Source: an uncultured Solirubrobacterales bacterium (lineage in GTDB: Bacteria > Actinomycetota > Thermoleophilia > Solirubrobacterales > Solirubrobacteraceae). Taken from it: a stretch of DNA of 64,000 nt. The notes under the pieces are model-generated. The model was given only the letters and a program-made list of their open reading frames with translations, searched no databases and was not told where the DNA came from. The position numbers and the translations under genes are program-made. Of the stretch, positions 36,796 through 49,508 are shown in pieces (position 1 is the stretch's first letter; every line of letters starts with the position of its first letter). The stretch covers positions 2,207,053-2,271,052 of the forward strand of contig OY969898.1 in NCBI GenBank assembly GCA_963704375.1, read 5' to 3'.

Positions 36796-36880
36796 TCCTT
36801 GATTATCCCTGCCGCCCGTCGATCATGTAAAACGGTGTGAGCGCGGCCCGCGCGGACCACTCCCGACATACGGAGGAGCC

Positions 36881-37162
36881 ATGCCCACCTACATCATGCT
36901 CTCGACGCTCACACCCGAGGGCGTGCAGACCGTCAAGAACAACCCTGAGCGCATCCGCGAGGTCAACAAGGAGGTCGAGCAGCTCGGCGCCACCGTCAAG
37001 GCACAGTGGGCGACGCTAGGAGCGGTCGACTTCATCTCGGTCGTGGAGGCGCCCGACGAGAAGACGATGGCGCGCGTTTCGCTGGAGCTGGGCTCGCGCG
37101 GCACGGGCCGCTATGAGACGCTGGCGGCGATCGGCATAGACGAGTTCATCGCGTCCCTGTGA
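36881..37162 (+). CDS. GYD-domain protein
   Basis: MPTYIMLSTLTPEGVQTVKNNPERIREVNKEVEQLGATVKAQWATLGAVDFISVVEAPDEKTMARVSLELGSRG is the family pattern. GGAGGAG RBS. Confidence 0.85.
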   Translation: MPTYIMLSTLTPEGVQTVKNNPERIREVNKEVEQLGATVKAQWATLGAVDFISVVEAPDEKTMARVSLELGSRGTGRYETLAAIGIDEFIASL

Positions 37163-37169
37163 GAGTCCT

Positions 37170-37667
37170 GTGAGCGACGCAGCCCCCACACCAATCCATC
37201 TCGCCACCCCCGAGGGCGCGGACGAGGCTGAGGAGCAGGCAAAGCTGGAGGAGTTCGACGTCGCCGGTCCACTGATCGGCATCGTGATGGGCTCCGCAAG
37301 CGACATGGACGCGATGGAGAAGGCGGCCAAGGAGCTACGCGAACGTGGCATCCCCCACGAGATGCAAGTGATGTCCGCTCACCGCGAAGCCGACACGGTC
37401 GCCGAGTACGCGAAGGGCGCCAAGTCGCGCGGTCTGCGCGTCATCATCGCGGGCGCCGGGATCTCCGCCGCGCTCCCGGGCGCGGTCGCCGCGCACACCG
37501 ACCTGCCGGTGATCGGCGTGCCACTGTCGGGGCGGCTCACGGCCGCGGGCGGGCTCGACGCGATTTTGTCAATCGTGCAGATGCCTCCCGGTGTCCCTGT
37601 CGCGTGTGTCGGGTTGGATAACGCACGCAACGCGGCGATCCTGGCCGCGCAGATTTTGGCGGCGTAG
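37170..37667 (+). CDS. purE: N5-carboxyaminoimidazole ribonucleotide mutase
   Basis: IGIVMGSASDMDAMEKA...VMSAHREAD...IIAGAGISAALPGAVAAHTDLPVIGVP. Confidence 0.93.
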   Translation: MSDAAPTPIHLATPEGADEAEEQAKLEEFDVAGPLIGIVMGSASDMDAMEKAAKELRERGIPHEMQVMSAHREADTVAEYAKGAKSRGLRVIIAGAGISAALPGAVAAHTDLPVIGVPLSGRLTAAGGLDAILSIVQMPPGVPVACVGLDNARNAAILAAQILAA

Positions 37668-37762
37668 CAGCGGGCGCTAGGACGATATCTGCCGCCACAC
37701 ACCCGCACGGATGCAGCGAGCGGGAAAAGTTGCGCCGCCGCAGGCACCCCTATCGTGGCGGC

Positions 37763-38332
37763 ATGCTCAAATCAAAACGTCTCACCTACGCAAACGTCAC
37801 CGCTACGCTCGCGCTCGTCTTCTCGATGAGCGGTGGAGCGCTCGCGGCGAACCATTATCTGATCACATCCACAAAACAAATCAGTCCCAAAGTCGTCAAA
37901 TCGCTTACCGGCAAAACCGGCAAATCCGGAAAGGAAGGCCCGGCCGGTAAAGAAGGGCCCGCCGGTAAAGAAGGTGCCGCTGGGAAAGAAGGTAAAGAAG
38001 GGCCCGCGGGTAGCGCAGTCGCGTATGCCCACGTTCTCGGCCTCAGTAGTCCGAGTGCCCCACTCGATACAGCGAACTCCAAGAACGTTTCGGCCGTAAC
38101 CGAGCCTTTTACCGGGGGCTATTGCATCACAACGACCGTTCCGATCAAAAATATGACTGCGATACCGGACTTCGACCATGGTGGAGGGCCCGGCGTGACG
38201 GTGAGCGCCAACTTCGACTTCGTGGCCGAAGCCATCAAAGCAAAAACGTGTCCAGCCGGCACGACGGTACTGGTGAAGACTGGTACCGGCGGCAAAGAAG
38301 CAGGCGCGGATTTCTGGATCAGCTTCAACTAA
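37763..38332 (+). CDS. small secreted/anchored protein with a collagen-like GXY tract (paralog A)
   Basis: MLKSKRLTYANVTATLALVFSMSGGALAANHYLI..., then GKTGKSGKEGPAGKEGPAGKEGAAGKEGKEGPAG. The start is the ATG at 37763. Confidence 0.7.
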   Translation: MLKSKRLTYANVTATLALVFSMSGGALAANHYLITSTKQISPKVVKSLTGKTGKSGKEGPAGKEGPAGKEGAAGKEGKEGPAGSAVAYAHVLGLSSPSAPLDTANSKNVSAVTEPFTGGYCITTTVPIKNMTAIPDFDHGGGPGVTVSANFDFVAEAIKAKTCPAGTTVLVKTGTGGKEAGADFWISFN

Positions 38333-38341
38333 GTCGTCGAT

Positions 38342-38380
38342 AGGAGGACGGGCGGATCCGTGCGGTTCGCCCGCCCTCCT
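38342..38380 (+). terminator. stem-loop after collagen-like gene A
   Basis: AGGAGGACGGGCG-N13-CGCCCGCCCTCCT, a 13-bp stem with one mismatch, 10 nt after the stop. Confidence 0.5.
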
Positions 38381-38400
38381 CTGCCTCCTCAAAGCGGCGA

Positions 38401-38454
38401 CTACTCAAAGCCGCTAGCGCTTTTTACCTTTGCCTGATTTCAGTCTTCTTGCAC
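38401..38454 (-). pseudogene. remnant of the 3' end of an adhesin paralog (internally deleted)
   Basis: 38401-38434 matches 39688-39723, which is the stop codon, the KGKKR tail and the 3' flank of the 39703 gene. 38435-38454 matches 39969-39988 at 18/20 nt. Confidence 0.6.
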
Positions 38455-38499
38455 TGTTTAGGCTGACGGCGTGGATCCTTACCGCGTGACAGTGCTCGT

Positions 38500-38740
38500 C
38501 AGATTAGCGGCACCCAGTGTTCCGCGCTCGGGATCTGCTCGCGGCCAACCAGCGCGCAGCAGGACTCGACCTTGCTCAATCGCAGATACCGGCGGAGAAA
38601 CACCGATTGCCGCCAAAGAAGCTATGACGGCATCGGGCACCTACATCGTTGCGGGCCTCAACGAAGTGCCCGACTGGTTGTGGTTCTCCTACGGGGCCAC
38701 AACGGAAGCCAAGAGCACTTCAACGGATGGCTCACTGTAG
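38500..38740 (+). pseudogene. C-terminal remnant of a collagen-like-protein paralog
   Basis: ...SIADTGGETPIAAKEAMTASGTYIVAGLNEVPDWLWFSYGATTEAKSTSTDGSL* parallels ...SIAGIGSEQSVAAKEGMTASGSFIVAGANGVPYWLWITYGADTTEESSSTSGL of the 42367-43098 gene. There is no signal peptide or GXY part. Confidence 0.6.
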
Positions 38741-38855
38741 TCGCAGCACCATGGCGGGGCCTGTCCCGTTGTCGCAGCAGTGTCGGAGTAGCAGGCAGAG
38801 ATGTAGCGCAAGTCGCCCTCATCCCTGTTGGCAACTCCCAACACCACTGCTACGA

Positions 38856-39083
38856 TTGCGATCAAAACATCCAAAGAAGGCTGTCGAGACGGCGCTCAAG
38901 AGAGCTGAAAGCCGTGGGTTTCGCATCGCGACGCACCGTGCTCATTGGGCGATCCTTTACTGCCCTGGCGGAGCGAAGGGCAAGTGTCGTCCGCGTTCCG
39001 TCAACAGCTCGCCCCGAAGCGCCGACAACGAGGCCGCGAGGATCAACCGCTACGTAAACCGCTGTCCCCACCAAAAGCCATGA
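38856..39083 (+). CDS. small Cys-containing protein with a HicA-like sequence pattern (putative toxin); start uncertain
   Basis: (L)RSKHPKKAVETALKRAESRGFRIATHRAHWAILYCPGGAKGKCRPRSVNSSPRSADNEAARINRYVNRCPHQKP. Its stop overlaps the next ATG (ATGA at 39080-39083). There is no clear RBS. TTG 38856, CTG 38847 and ATG 38751 are all possible starts. Confidence 0.4.
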   Translation: MRSKHPKKAVETALKRAESRGFRIATHRAHWAILYCPGGAKGKCRPRSVNSSPRSADNEAARINRYVNRCPHQKP

Positions 39084-39652
39084 AAGAGCACACGTTCACA
39101 ATCCAATTTCTCGCCCCAGGCAGAACCCTCGACGACCTTTCGATCCATCTATATGAGCGCATCGACGAAGCTTCTCTGGAGGGACCCCACGAAGATGGAT
39201 CGGACACAGATGGGTCGTTCCTGTACGAATTTGATCGACAGGCTCCCAGCCTACCCGACGCGCTCGCGATGGCGCTGAACGAACTGACGAGCGCTCTACC
39301 AGAGGCGACCGTCCTGCGTGTTCACGAGTACGACCTGCTGAGCATGAGCAACATCGCCGCTCGATCCGGACGCAGCGCTGAGAGCGTAAGACTGCTCGTG
39401 CACGGTAAGCGCGGACCAGGGGGATTTCCCCCGGCCGCGGGCGATCTGGGCGGGCGTATGAAGGTATGGCGCCTAGCGGAAGTGGCGGAGTGGTTCGATA
39501 AGGCGCTTGCAGAGCCGCTGCCCGATACCGAGGACAGTATGTTCCTGCAGGCATTCAACGACGCCCTCGATATTCGCCGGCTGTCGGCCGGGCTCAACGA
39601 GCCTCAGAGACGAGCCGTTGCGAGTGCGCTACCTGCCAATCTCGCTGCCTGA
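39080..39652 (+). CDS. two-domain protein: HicB-like N-terminal half plus an excisionase/MerR-type HTH (putative antitoxin)
   Basis: MKEHTFTIQFLAPGRTLDDL...LYEFDRQAPSLPDALAMALNEL, then LLSMSNIAARSGRSAESVRLLVHGKRG...MKVWRLAEVAEWF. Confidence 0.6.
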   Translation: MKEHTFTIQFLAPGRTLDDLSIHLYERIDEASLEGPHEDGSDTDGSFLYEFDRQAPSLPDALAMALNELTSALPEATVLRVHEYDLLSMSNIAARSGRSAESVRLLVHGKRGPGGFPPAAGDLGGRMKVWRLAEVAEWFDKALAEPLPDTEDSMFLQAFNDALDIRRLSAGLNEPQRRAVASALPANLAA

Positions 39653-39702
39653 CGTCAGCGGGCACCGACTTCGGCAGCCGGTGCCCGCTACTCAAAGCCC
39701 CG

Positions 39703-42085
39703 CTAGCGCTTTTTACCTTTGCCGTGTTTCTTGCCTTTGGCCGCTTTTTTACTCAGGTGCACAACGGTGGAGACCGTGTGTGCCACTGGGGGACCGCCCA
39801 GCGCAGACTGGAACGTGAAGGTCCCGCTCACATGCAGCGTGTGACCCACCTTCAGCGCTTTCAGCGCCTTGGAGTCGGCGTGCACCTTGATCTCGACCGT
39901 ACCCGCCGGGACGCTTTGTGAGCCGCTGGCAAACGACACAAGCGTGGCCACGCACTTGCCGTGGTGCTTGATTTCGGTCTTCCTGCACTTCTTGGCTTTG
40001 CCTTTGTGCCTGGCGACTTGCGCGAGCGCCGGTTCGTCTGTGCCGAGCGAGATGCCCAGGGAGTCCGCGAAGCCGACGTCGGCGTTCTTGAAGAACAGAC
40101 TCCACTTCAGGGTCCCCGCGGTCGGGAACGTAAAGAAGAAGTCGATGTCGTCGGTTTTCGAGTTGAACGATGGTGGCTTTGTCTGGGTGAAGTTTCCGCC
40201 GGGGATCGTCAGGGCGTTGCTGGCGGCCATGGCGGAGGCCGAGCCTGCGGTCGTCTCTGTGCAGTTCTCGAAGTCGCCACCTATCTCATCGGCGCACACC
40301 TCGATCTTTGTGACCCCAGCGTGCGTGGTGGCATCCGTGACCGTCCCCGTGATTTGACCACCAGGGTGCAATTCGGCGTCGATCCCTGACGTGGAACCAC
40401 CTATCCCGACCGACACTCCATCATCTGTCTGAGACAGGTAGTTGAGGGTTTCGCTGTCCGGGAAGAACTCGACATTATATGTCCCGGAAAGGCCGAGAAT
40501 CGCATATTCGCCGCTGGCGGTCGTAGAAGCACAGCGCCCGAATTCGCCTTCCTCGGCACACACGTCGACGCCAGCTATCCCCGCGTGCGAGGAGGCATCG
40601 GTCACCTTCCCCGATATCACACCACCGGTTTGCAAGGCGCTATTGATCCCCGCAGTCGGAAGCCCCTGTGTCACCGACACCTGCGCACCGCCGTTATAGG
40701 ACTGATCCACGTAGTTTTCGTTATCGCCGACCGTGAACTCGACGACGTATTTGCCAGTGGGCAAAGTCGAGATCGTGTATTCGCCTTTGGAGTCCGTGCC
40801 CCCGCAGGACTTCGAGCTCTTCACTGGCACCGACCTCGCTAGCGCACGCCTCAATGTTCTCAAGAGCGGCTCCGCCGGAGGCGGCTGTCACCTTGCCCAT
40901 GATCTGGCCGCCAATCTGCATTTCAACATTCATCAGCGTGGTCGTGCCGCCCTCCAGAACCGACTCGGGCGTTGCTTCTTTATAGGAAGCCTTGTCCTGG
41001 TAGTACTGGGTGACATAGTTGCCGCCTTCGAAGCCCGCAGAGAACTCGACACCATATTCCCCAGAGGGAAGGTTGGTAATCGTGTATGCGCCGCCGGCGC
41101 CCGTATCGGCGCAGCCGTATCCGCTTCCGTCAATCTCATAAGCGCACACTTCGACACTCCGCGTTAGTGGCCCATCACTGGGACCGGTCACCACCCCGGC
41201 GATCTTGCCCCCCTCACTGGCCGGAAGCAGTTCGGCGTTGATGCCTGCCGTCGTATTCGGAGCAGTCACCGATACCGACGTGGCTTCCGTATACAAAGAC
41301 TTGCCGTTGTAAACCTGACTTATGTAGCCACCACCACCTTCGGAGGTCGAAAAGAATTCGACCTCATAAGAACCGGTGGCTAGACCTATGATCGTGTATT
41401 CGCCATTAGCGTTGGTTTTCGCACAATTCCCGAAAAATTCTTCGCCCAAAGCGTCAGCGCACACCTCGACTTCGGCGAGTGCCCCGTGCGTGGTGGCGCT
41501 CGTCACGCGACCAACGATCTGGCCGCCAGCGTGTAGTTCGGCGTTGATGCCGCCGGTGGCATTGGGCGCGCTGACGGTAACGGCGTTAGCTTCGGCGAAC
41601 AACGCCTTGCCGTTATAGAACTGCGCCAAGTAGTTAGCGCCTTCGTCGGAATACAGGTAGAAGCCAACCTTATAGGAACCGCTAGGCAAGCCCGAAATCA
41701 CGTAGTTCCCACCGCCGTCACCAGCGGTCACCTGACAGGAAACCGTGTGCCCCTGGTCGGCAGCCTGTACGACGTAGCTGCCGCCCGTCTGTCCGGCAAT
41801 CGGCACACCGCTACGCAACCAGGCGTAGGAGAAGCTCGTGGGGTTGTTGACCCACGTACCTGTCGAGCATGTCAGCGTTTGCCCGAGCGCGGGAGTGCCT
41901 GCGAGGATGGGCGCCGCCGTGTTGACGGGCGCGAGCGCTTTCGGTGTGGCGACTGGGCCACCCTCCTCCTCGAGACCCAGTGCCAACCCAGGCGCCAGCA
42001 TCATGCCGAACAGCGCGATCGAAACCAACATCGCTCCAACTACTCCTGCGCGCGGCGCGCTGCCGCGCCTACTTATATGCCGCAT
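39703..42085 (-). pseudogene. secreted repeat-domain adhesin-like protein (Ig-like module plus about 6 CarboxypepD_reg-like repeats, Lys-rich tail), interrupted by a frameshift near 40799-40822
   Basis: Start MRHISRRGSAPRAGVVGAMLVSIALFGMMLAPGLALG (AGGAGA RBS). Repeats of the type GGQIxGxVT...H.G...VEVCA......C..T...GEYTI.GL..G.Y.VEF. Track ORFs 40721-42367 and 39703-40863 are consecutive parts in different frames. Confidence 0.75.
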
Positions 42086-42366
42086 CGGGCCTCGTCTCCT
42101 AAAGTCGGGTGCGGGGCGCATCCTACCGGTTCGGGCAGCGGATAGTTCAGGCTGCAGGAACTTGGGCTGACTGGAGCGAGATTTCTCCGCCACCGAGTCG
42201 GCGAGTATGCCCTTGACGGAGTACAGGCTCCCGCAGTGCACGGCACCGGGCAGTCCAAGCAGCATCCGCTCACGCCTGCGGCTCGGATAGGGTGTGCCGC
42301 CCAGCCAGGTTGACGGCTGGCAAACAGTTAAGTTGTCAGTATCAACATCCATCCATTGGAGACGCA

Positions 42367-43098
42367 ATGTATATTTTTACTCAATGGCGACGCGGCGCCG
42401 TTGCCATCTCGATAGCGGCCTTTTTGTTGCTTGCCGCCGGCGCCAGCGGCGCTTATGCGATATCGGCTCGGAATTTCCGCCTTCACGTGACCGTCGTGAG
42501 GACACACGACGGTCACGTGTCGAAGTCGAAATCGAAAGCAAAGAAAAAACCGTCCAAAGTGGCTCCACGCGGCCCTCGCGGGCCCGCTGGACCGGCTGGA
42601 CCGGCTGGACCTACCGGAGCAACGGGACTGGCGGGTGCTACCGGGGCGACGGGACCGGCAGGACCGGGAGCGACGAAAGTAAACTTCTTCGAGGCTCCAA
42701 GCCCCGGTGACGGCATCCATTCCGTGCTGAGCGTCGGCCCCCTCCAATTCGGAATCAACTGCAAAGGCGCCGCGACCGGCACCGAAGAAATCAAGATGGG
42801 CACCTTCCTCACGATCCCGGGACCGCAAACACTGCTTTCGGAAGTCCCGAAAGAATCGTCGAAATCGTCAGCGTATGAGTTGATCACGGGATCGATCGCG
42901 GGTATCGGCAGCGAACAGTCGGTAGCCGCCAAAGAAGGGATGACCGCCTCGGGCTCCTTCATCGTCGCCGGCGCGAACGGCGTGCCCTACTGGCTATGGA
43001 TCACATACGGGGCAGACACCACAGAAGAAAGCTCCTCGACCAGCGGCCTAACCGTCACGCACCAGCGTGGCTGCTGGTTCCTGGCAGAGGAGGTTTAG
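42367..43098 (+). CDS. secreted protein with a collagen-like GXY tract (paralog B)
   Basis: MYIFTQWRRGAVAISIAAFLLLAAGASGAYA signal, then PRGPRGPAGPAGPAGPTGATGLAGATGATGPAGPG. GGAGA RBS before the ATG at 42367. Confidence 0.75.
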   Translation: MYIFTQWRRGAVAISIAAFLLLAAGASGAYAISARNFRLHVTVVRTHDGHVSKSKSKAKKKPSKVAPRGPRGPAGPAGPAGPTGATGLAGATGATGPAGPGATKVNFFEAPSPGDGIHSVLSVGPLQFGINCKGAATGTEEIKMGTFLTIPGPQTLLSEVPKESSKSSAYELITGSIAGIGSEQSVAAKEGMTASGSFIVAGANGVPYWLWITYGADTTEESSSTSGLTVTHQRGCWFLAEEV

Positions 43099-43108
43099 CC
43101 CGTTTGTC

Positions 43109-43138
43109 TTGTGGGGCGGCCAGATGGTCGCCCCACAA
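43109..43138. terminator. bidirectional stem-loop between convergent genes
   Basis: TTGTGGGGCG-gccagatggt-CGCCCCACAA, a perfect 10-bp stem followed by ttcttgg. Confidence 0.6.
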
Positions 43139-43176
43139 TTCTTGGCTGTTGTGCAGCAAGACTTGAGTGCCGCCGA

Positions 43177-45345
<2,169 letters not shown>

Positions 45346-45349
<4 letters not shown>

Positions 45350-45837
45350 CGCTGCCTCCTGAACGGCGAGCGGGCATCCGCCGCCCGTACGAGGTCGGTG
45401 CCGGGTGGACGTGAATTTGGGAAAGGGATCAGCTCGGCACGGAAGGAGCGGCGCACGCGCTCGAGTTCCTCGGCCAGCTCGACCTGAGCATGCAGGGCCT
45501 TTACTTCCAGCTCTTCGATGCGCTCGTGCATACCCTGCACTTCGGACTCCAGGTCCAGCACGCGTTGCACCCCGGCAAGGTTGAGACCGAGCTCGACCGT
45601 CATCTCGTGGATGCGGCGCAGCTTCTCTACGTCTTCCTGGGAGTAAAGACGGGTGCCCTTGGGCGAGCGCTTGGGTTCCACAAGCCCGCGCGCCTCGTAC
45701 ATGCGAAGCGTCTGTGGGTGCATGTTGGCCAGCTCGGCGGCCACCGAGATCATGAACACGCCGCGGTCGGTCTCGACCTCGACGCGCGTGACGCGCCTGC
45801 CACTCACGACAGCGCCTCCCCGAAACCTCCAAGCCAA
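45346..45837 (-). CDS. hspR: heat-shock transcriptional repressor HspR (MerR family)
   Basis: [53 protein letters not shown]. It sits after dnaJ. Start uncertain (TTG 45837 or GTG 45807). Confidence 0.85.
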
Positions 45838-45847
45838 GACCTGTTTC

Positions 45848-46990
45848 TCATGACGGAACCTCCGCGAACAGCTTCGCGCGCGGATTGCCGTTCATGACCT
45901 TCGACAGCTCGTCAACGGCCGCCCGCTGCTCGTCGCTCAGCTCCTCTGGCACATCGAGCACAAAGCGATAATGGATGTCGCCGCGAGTCTTGCTGCCAAG
46001 CTTGGGGGGACCCTCGCCGCGCAACCGCTGGACCGCTCCATGATGGGTACCGGGCTTCACGCGCAGCGTCTTTGACCCGTCGAGCGTCGGCACGCGCACC
46101 TCGGCCCCGAGAAGCGCCTCTGGGATCGTGAGCGGGACCTCGACCTCGAGATTGTCTCCCTTGCGCTTGAAGGCTGGCGAAGGATCAACGTGGGTGACCA
46201 CGTACAGGTCTCCCGCGGGGCCACCGCGCGCCCCAGCCTCACCCTTACCGGGCACGCGAATACGTGAACCCTCCTTGACACCCGCAGGGATGTTGACGCG
46301 AAACTTCTTAACGGTACGGACAGCCCCCGAACCGTTACAGGTGGGGCAGGGGTCCTCGATCACGGTGCCACTGCCGCCGCATTGCGAGCAAGGCTGGGTG
46401 ATCGAGAACATCCCCTGACCCTGACTCTCGATCCCGCGCCCTTCACAACGCGGGCACACCTTCGGCGTCGTGCCCGGCTTTGCGCCGGTACCGTGGCAGG
46501 TGGCGCAAACCCCAGTGGTTGGCACCGACAATGGGATCTGTGCGCCGGAGATCGACTGGTCGAAAGAGATGCGTACCTCCGTCTCCAGATCGCGTCCGCG
46601 CTGCGGGCGCGATCGAGCGCGCCTGGCACCGGCACCACCCGCGGACGCACCTTCGCCGCCACCGCCTCCACCACCGAAAAGGTTGGAGAGGATGTCTCCC
46701 ATCGAGGAAGCATCGAAGTCGAAGTTGCCAAAACCACCGAAGCCTGGGCCACCAGACGCTCCGCCCGCGAACGGGCCGGTACCGCTGTCGTATTGCTTGC
46801 GCTTCTCGGGATCTCCGAGCACGTCGTGGGCCTGGGAGATCTCCTTGAAACGCTCCTCGGCCTGCTTATCGTCGGGGTTGCGATCTGGGTGGTACTTGCG
46901 CGCAAGCTTGCGATACGCCTTCTTGATGTCATCGGCGCTAGCTTTTTTGTCGACTCCGAGCGTCTTGTAGTAGTCGGGGCGGGTTGCCAT
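45848..46990 (-). CDS. dnaJ: molecular chaperone DnaJ
   Basis: J-domain [33 protein letters not shown], a G/F region, and four CxxCxGxG zinc motifs. Confidence 0.95.
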   Translation of the reverse strand: MATRPDYYKTLGVDKKASADDIKKAYRKLARKYHPDRNPDDKQAEERFKEISQAHDVLGDPEKRKQYDSGTGPFAGGASGGPGFGGFGNFDFDASSMGDILSNLFGGGGGGGEGASAGGAGARRARSRPQRGRDLETEVRISFDQSISGAQIPLSVPTTGVCATCHGTGAKPGTTPKVCPRCEGRGIESQGQGMFSITQPCSQCGGSGTVIEDPCPTCNGSGAVRTVKKFRVNIPAGVKEGSRIRVPGKGEAGARGGPAGDLYVVTHVDPSPAFKRKGDNLEVEVPLTIPEALLGAEVRVPTLDGSKTLRVKPGTHHGAVQRLRGEGPPKLGSKTRGDIHYRFVLDVPEELSDEQRAAVDELSKVMNGNPRAKLFAEVPS

Positions 46991-47004
46991 CTGAGCCAGT
47001 GCCC

Positions 47005-47592
47005 CTACGCCGCCACGAGCACACGCGCGGGCCGCACGATGCTCTCGCCCATGCGATAGCCGTTCTGGAAAACCTCCGCGACGGTGCCACTCGCGGCCCC
47101 CTCCACCGGTTGCTGGGCAACCGCCTCGTGGAGATTCGGGTCGAACTGCTCTCCAAGCGACGTGAATGCCTCGATGCCCAGACGAGCGAGCGCCGCGCCG
47201 AGCTCAGAGCGCACGAGTCTCACACCCTCCAGCAACGGGTCCTCGGCCTCCGCCGCCTCGATTGCGCGGTCGAGGTTGTCAAGCGCCGGGAGCAACTCCT
47301 TGGCGAGCTTTGTCACACCGCGATCCTGGGCCTGCGCCGCATCGCGCGCGACACGCTTGCGGTAATTCTCGAAGTCGGCCTGGGTGCGCTGCGCGAGCGC
47401 GAGATACTCGTCGCGCTCGGCAGCGGTCTTAACCATCTCGTCCAACTCCTCTTCGATCGCTCCTCCGGGATCCACCCCCTCACCAGGGGTGGACTGTTGG
47501 GAGACGGTGGGAGGCGCCTCGCCGTCGTCGGGCTGCCCGACATTCGGCGCAACCTCCTCTATTTCATCGATCTCCTGCTTGACCTCCTCCAT
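47005..47592 (-). CDS. grpE: nucleotide exchange factor GrpE
   Basis: [16 protein letters not shown]...[11 protein letters not shown]...FDPNLHEAV...[16 protein letters not shown]. Confidence 0.95.
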   Translation of the reverse strand: MEEVKQEIDEIEEVAPNVGQPDDGEAPPTVSQQSTPGEGVDPGGAIEEELDEMVKTAAERDEYLALAQRTQADFENYRKRVARDAAQAQDRGVTKLAKELLPALDNLDRAIEAAEAEDPLLEGVRLVRSELGAALARLGIEAFTSLGEQFDPNLHEAVAQQPVEGAASGTVAEVFQNGYRMGESIVRPARVLVAA

Positions 47593-49508
47593 CAGCTCTT
47601 GCCCTCGTCGACGACCTCCGCGTCGACCACGTCCTCCTCGGAGGCCGTGCCGTCGCCGTCGGCCGCCGGAGCCGCTCCGTCGGCGGAGGCGCTGGCCGCA
47701 TCAGCCTGAGCCTTCTGGTACATCGCCTCGGAGACCGCGTGGAAGGCTGTCTGCAGCGCCTCCGTACGAGCGTTGATCGCCGCCGGGTCCTCGGTCTCCA
47801 GTGAGTCGCGCACCTCCTTGATCGCCCCCTCGATGCGACCCTTGGAGTCGGCGTCGACCTGGTCGCCCAGGTCGGCCAGCTGGCGCTCGGCCTGGTAGGC
47901 GGCGTTCTCGCCGTTGTTGCGCGCCTCCGCCAGCTCGCGTGCCTTGCGGTCCTCCTCGGCGTGCGACTCAGCGTCAGTGACCATCCGCTTGATCTCATCC
48001 TCGGAGAGCCCGGAGCCGGCCTTGATCTCGATCTTCTGCTCCTTGCCGGTGCCGAGGTCCTTGGCGGATACGTTGAGGATGCCGTTGGCATCGATGTCGA
48101 ACGCGACTTCGATCTGCGGAATGCCGCGCGGCGCCGGCGGGATGCCGGTCAGCTGGAACTTGCCGAGCGACTTGTTGTACTGGGCCATCTCGCGCTCGCC
48201 CTGCAGCACGTGGATCTCTACCGAGGGCTGGTTGTCCTCGGCTGTGGAGAAGACCTCGCCCTTGCGCGTGGGGATAGTGGTGTTGCGCTCGATCAGCTTG
48301 GTCATGACGCCGCCCTTGGTCTCGATGCCGAGTGTCAGCGGTGTGACGTCGAGCAGCAGCACGTCCTTGACATCGCCGGCAAGCACGCCCGCCTGGATCG
48401 CGGCGCCCACAGCGACAACCTCATCCGGGTTCACGCCACGGTGCGGGTCCTTGCCGGTCAGCTCCTTGACCTTCTCCTGCACCGCAGGCATACGCGTCAT
48501 GCCACCGACAAGCACGATGTGGTCGATCTCCTTGACGCCCTTGTCCTTGGCGTCGTCGATCGCCTGGCGCACAGGCGCCACAACGCGATCCAGCAGCGCC
48601 GAGGTCAGCTCGGCGAGCTTGGCGCGCGTGAGACGCGTGTCGAGGTGCTTGGGCCCAGAGGCGTCGGCGGTGATGAACGGCAGGTTGATCTGCGTCTCCT
48701 GAGTGGTGGAGAGCTCGATCTTGGCCTTCTCGGCAGCCTCGTACAGCCGCTGCAACGCCATTGGGTCGGCGGACAGATCGATGCCCTGGTCGCGCTTGAA
48801 GTCAGCTACGAGCCAGTCGACGATCGCCTTGTCAAAGTTGTCACCGCCGAGATGGTTGTCGCCAGCAGTGGACTTGACCTCGAACACGCCATCGCCGATC
48901 TCCAGCACAGACACATCGAAAGTGCCTCCGCCAAGGTCGAACACGAGGATCGTCTGATCGTTTTCCTTGTCCAGGCCATACGCCAGCGAGGCCGCGGTGG
49001 GCTCGTTGATGATGCGCTTGACCTCGAGGTTGGCGATCTTGCCGGCATCCTTGGTGGCCTGGCGCTGGTCGTCGTTGAAATAGGCCGGGACGGTAATCAC
49101 AGCCGAATCGACCGTTTCGCCCAAATACGCTTCGGCGTCGGTCTTGAGCTTTTGCAGGATCATCGCGCTGATCTCAGGCGGCGAGTACTGCTCGCCGGCG
49201 GCTTCCACGCGCGCGTCGCCATTGGGGCCGGAGACGACCTTGTAGGGGACGATCGACTCCTCCTCGCGGACCTCGCCCTCCTTGCGGCCCATGAAGCGCT
49301 TGATCGAGAAGACGGTGTTCTGCGGGTTGGTCACTGCCTGGCGCTTGGCTACGGTGCCGACCAAACGCTCGCCAGAGGCGGTGAAAGCGACTACAGATGG
49401 GGTTGTGCGGCCGCCCTCGGCATTCTCGATGACGGTGGGCTCGCCGCCCTCGAGCACGGCCATGCACGAGTTCGTGGTGCCGAGGTCGATTCCTATGGTC
49501 TTGCCCAT
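47592..49508 (-). CDS. dnaK: molecular chaperone DnaK (Hsp70)
   Basis: [13 protein letters not shown]...[13 protein letters not shown]...[13 protein letters not shown]. Its stop overlaps the grpE start by 1 nt. Confidence 0.97.
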   Translation of the reverse strand: MGKTIGIDLGTTNSCMAVLEGGEPTVIENAEGGRTTPSVVAFTASGERLVGTVAKRQAVTNPQNTVFSIKRFMGRKEGEVREEESIVPYKVVSGPNGDARVEAAGEQYSPPEISAMILQKLKTDAEAYLGETVDSAVITVPAYFNDDQRQATKDAGKIANLEVKRIINEPTAASLAYGLDKENDQTILVFDLGGGTFDVSVLEIGDGVFEVKSTAGDNHLGGDNFDKAIVDWLVADFKRDQGIDLSADPMALQRLYEAAEKAKIELSTTQETQINLPFITADASGPKHLDTRLTRAKLAELTSALLDRVVAPVRQAIDDAKDKGVKEIDHIVLVGGMTRMPAVQEKVKELTGKDPHRGVNPDEVVAVGAAIQAGVLAGDVKDVLLLDVTPLTLGIETKGGVMTKLIERNTTIPTRKGEVFSTAEDNQPSVEIHVLQGEREMAQYNKSLGKFQLTGIPPAPRGIPQIEVAFDIDANGILNVSAKDLGTGKEQKIEIKAGSGLSEDEIKRMVTDAESHAEEDRKARELAEARNNGENAAYQAERQLADLGDQVDADSKGRIEGAIKEVRDSLETEDPAAINARTEALQTAFHAVSEAMYQKAQADAASASADGAAPAADGDGTASEEDVVDAEVVDEGKS

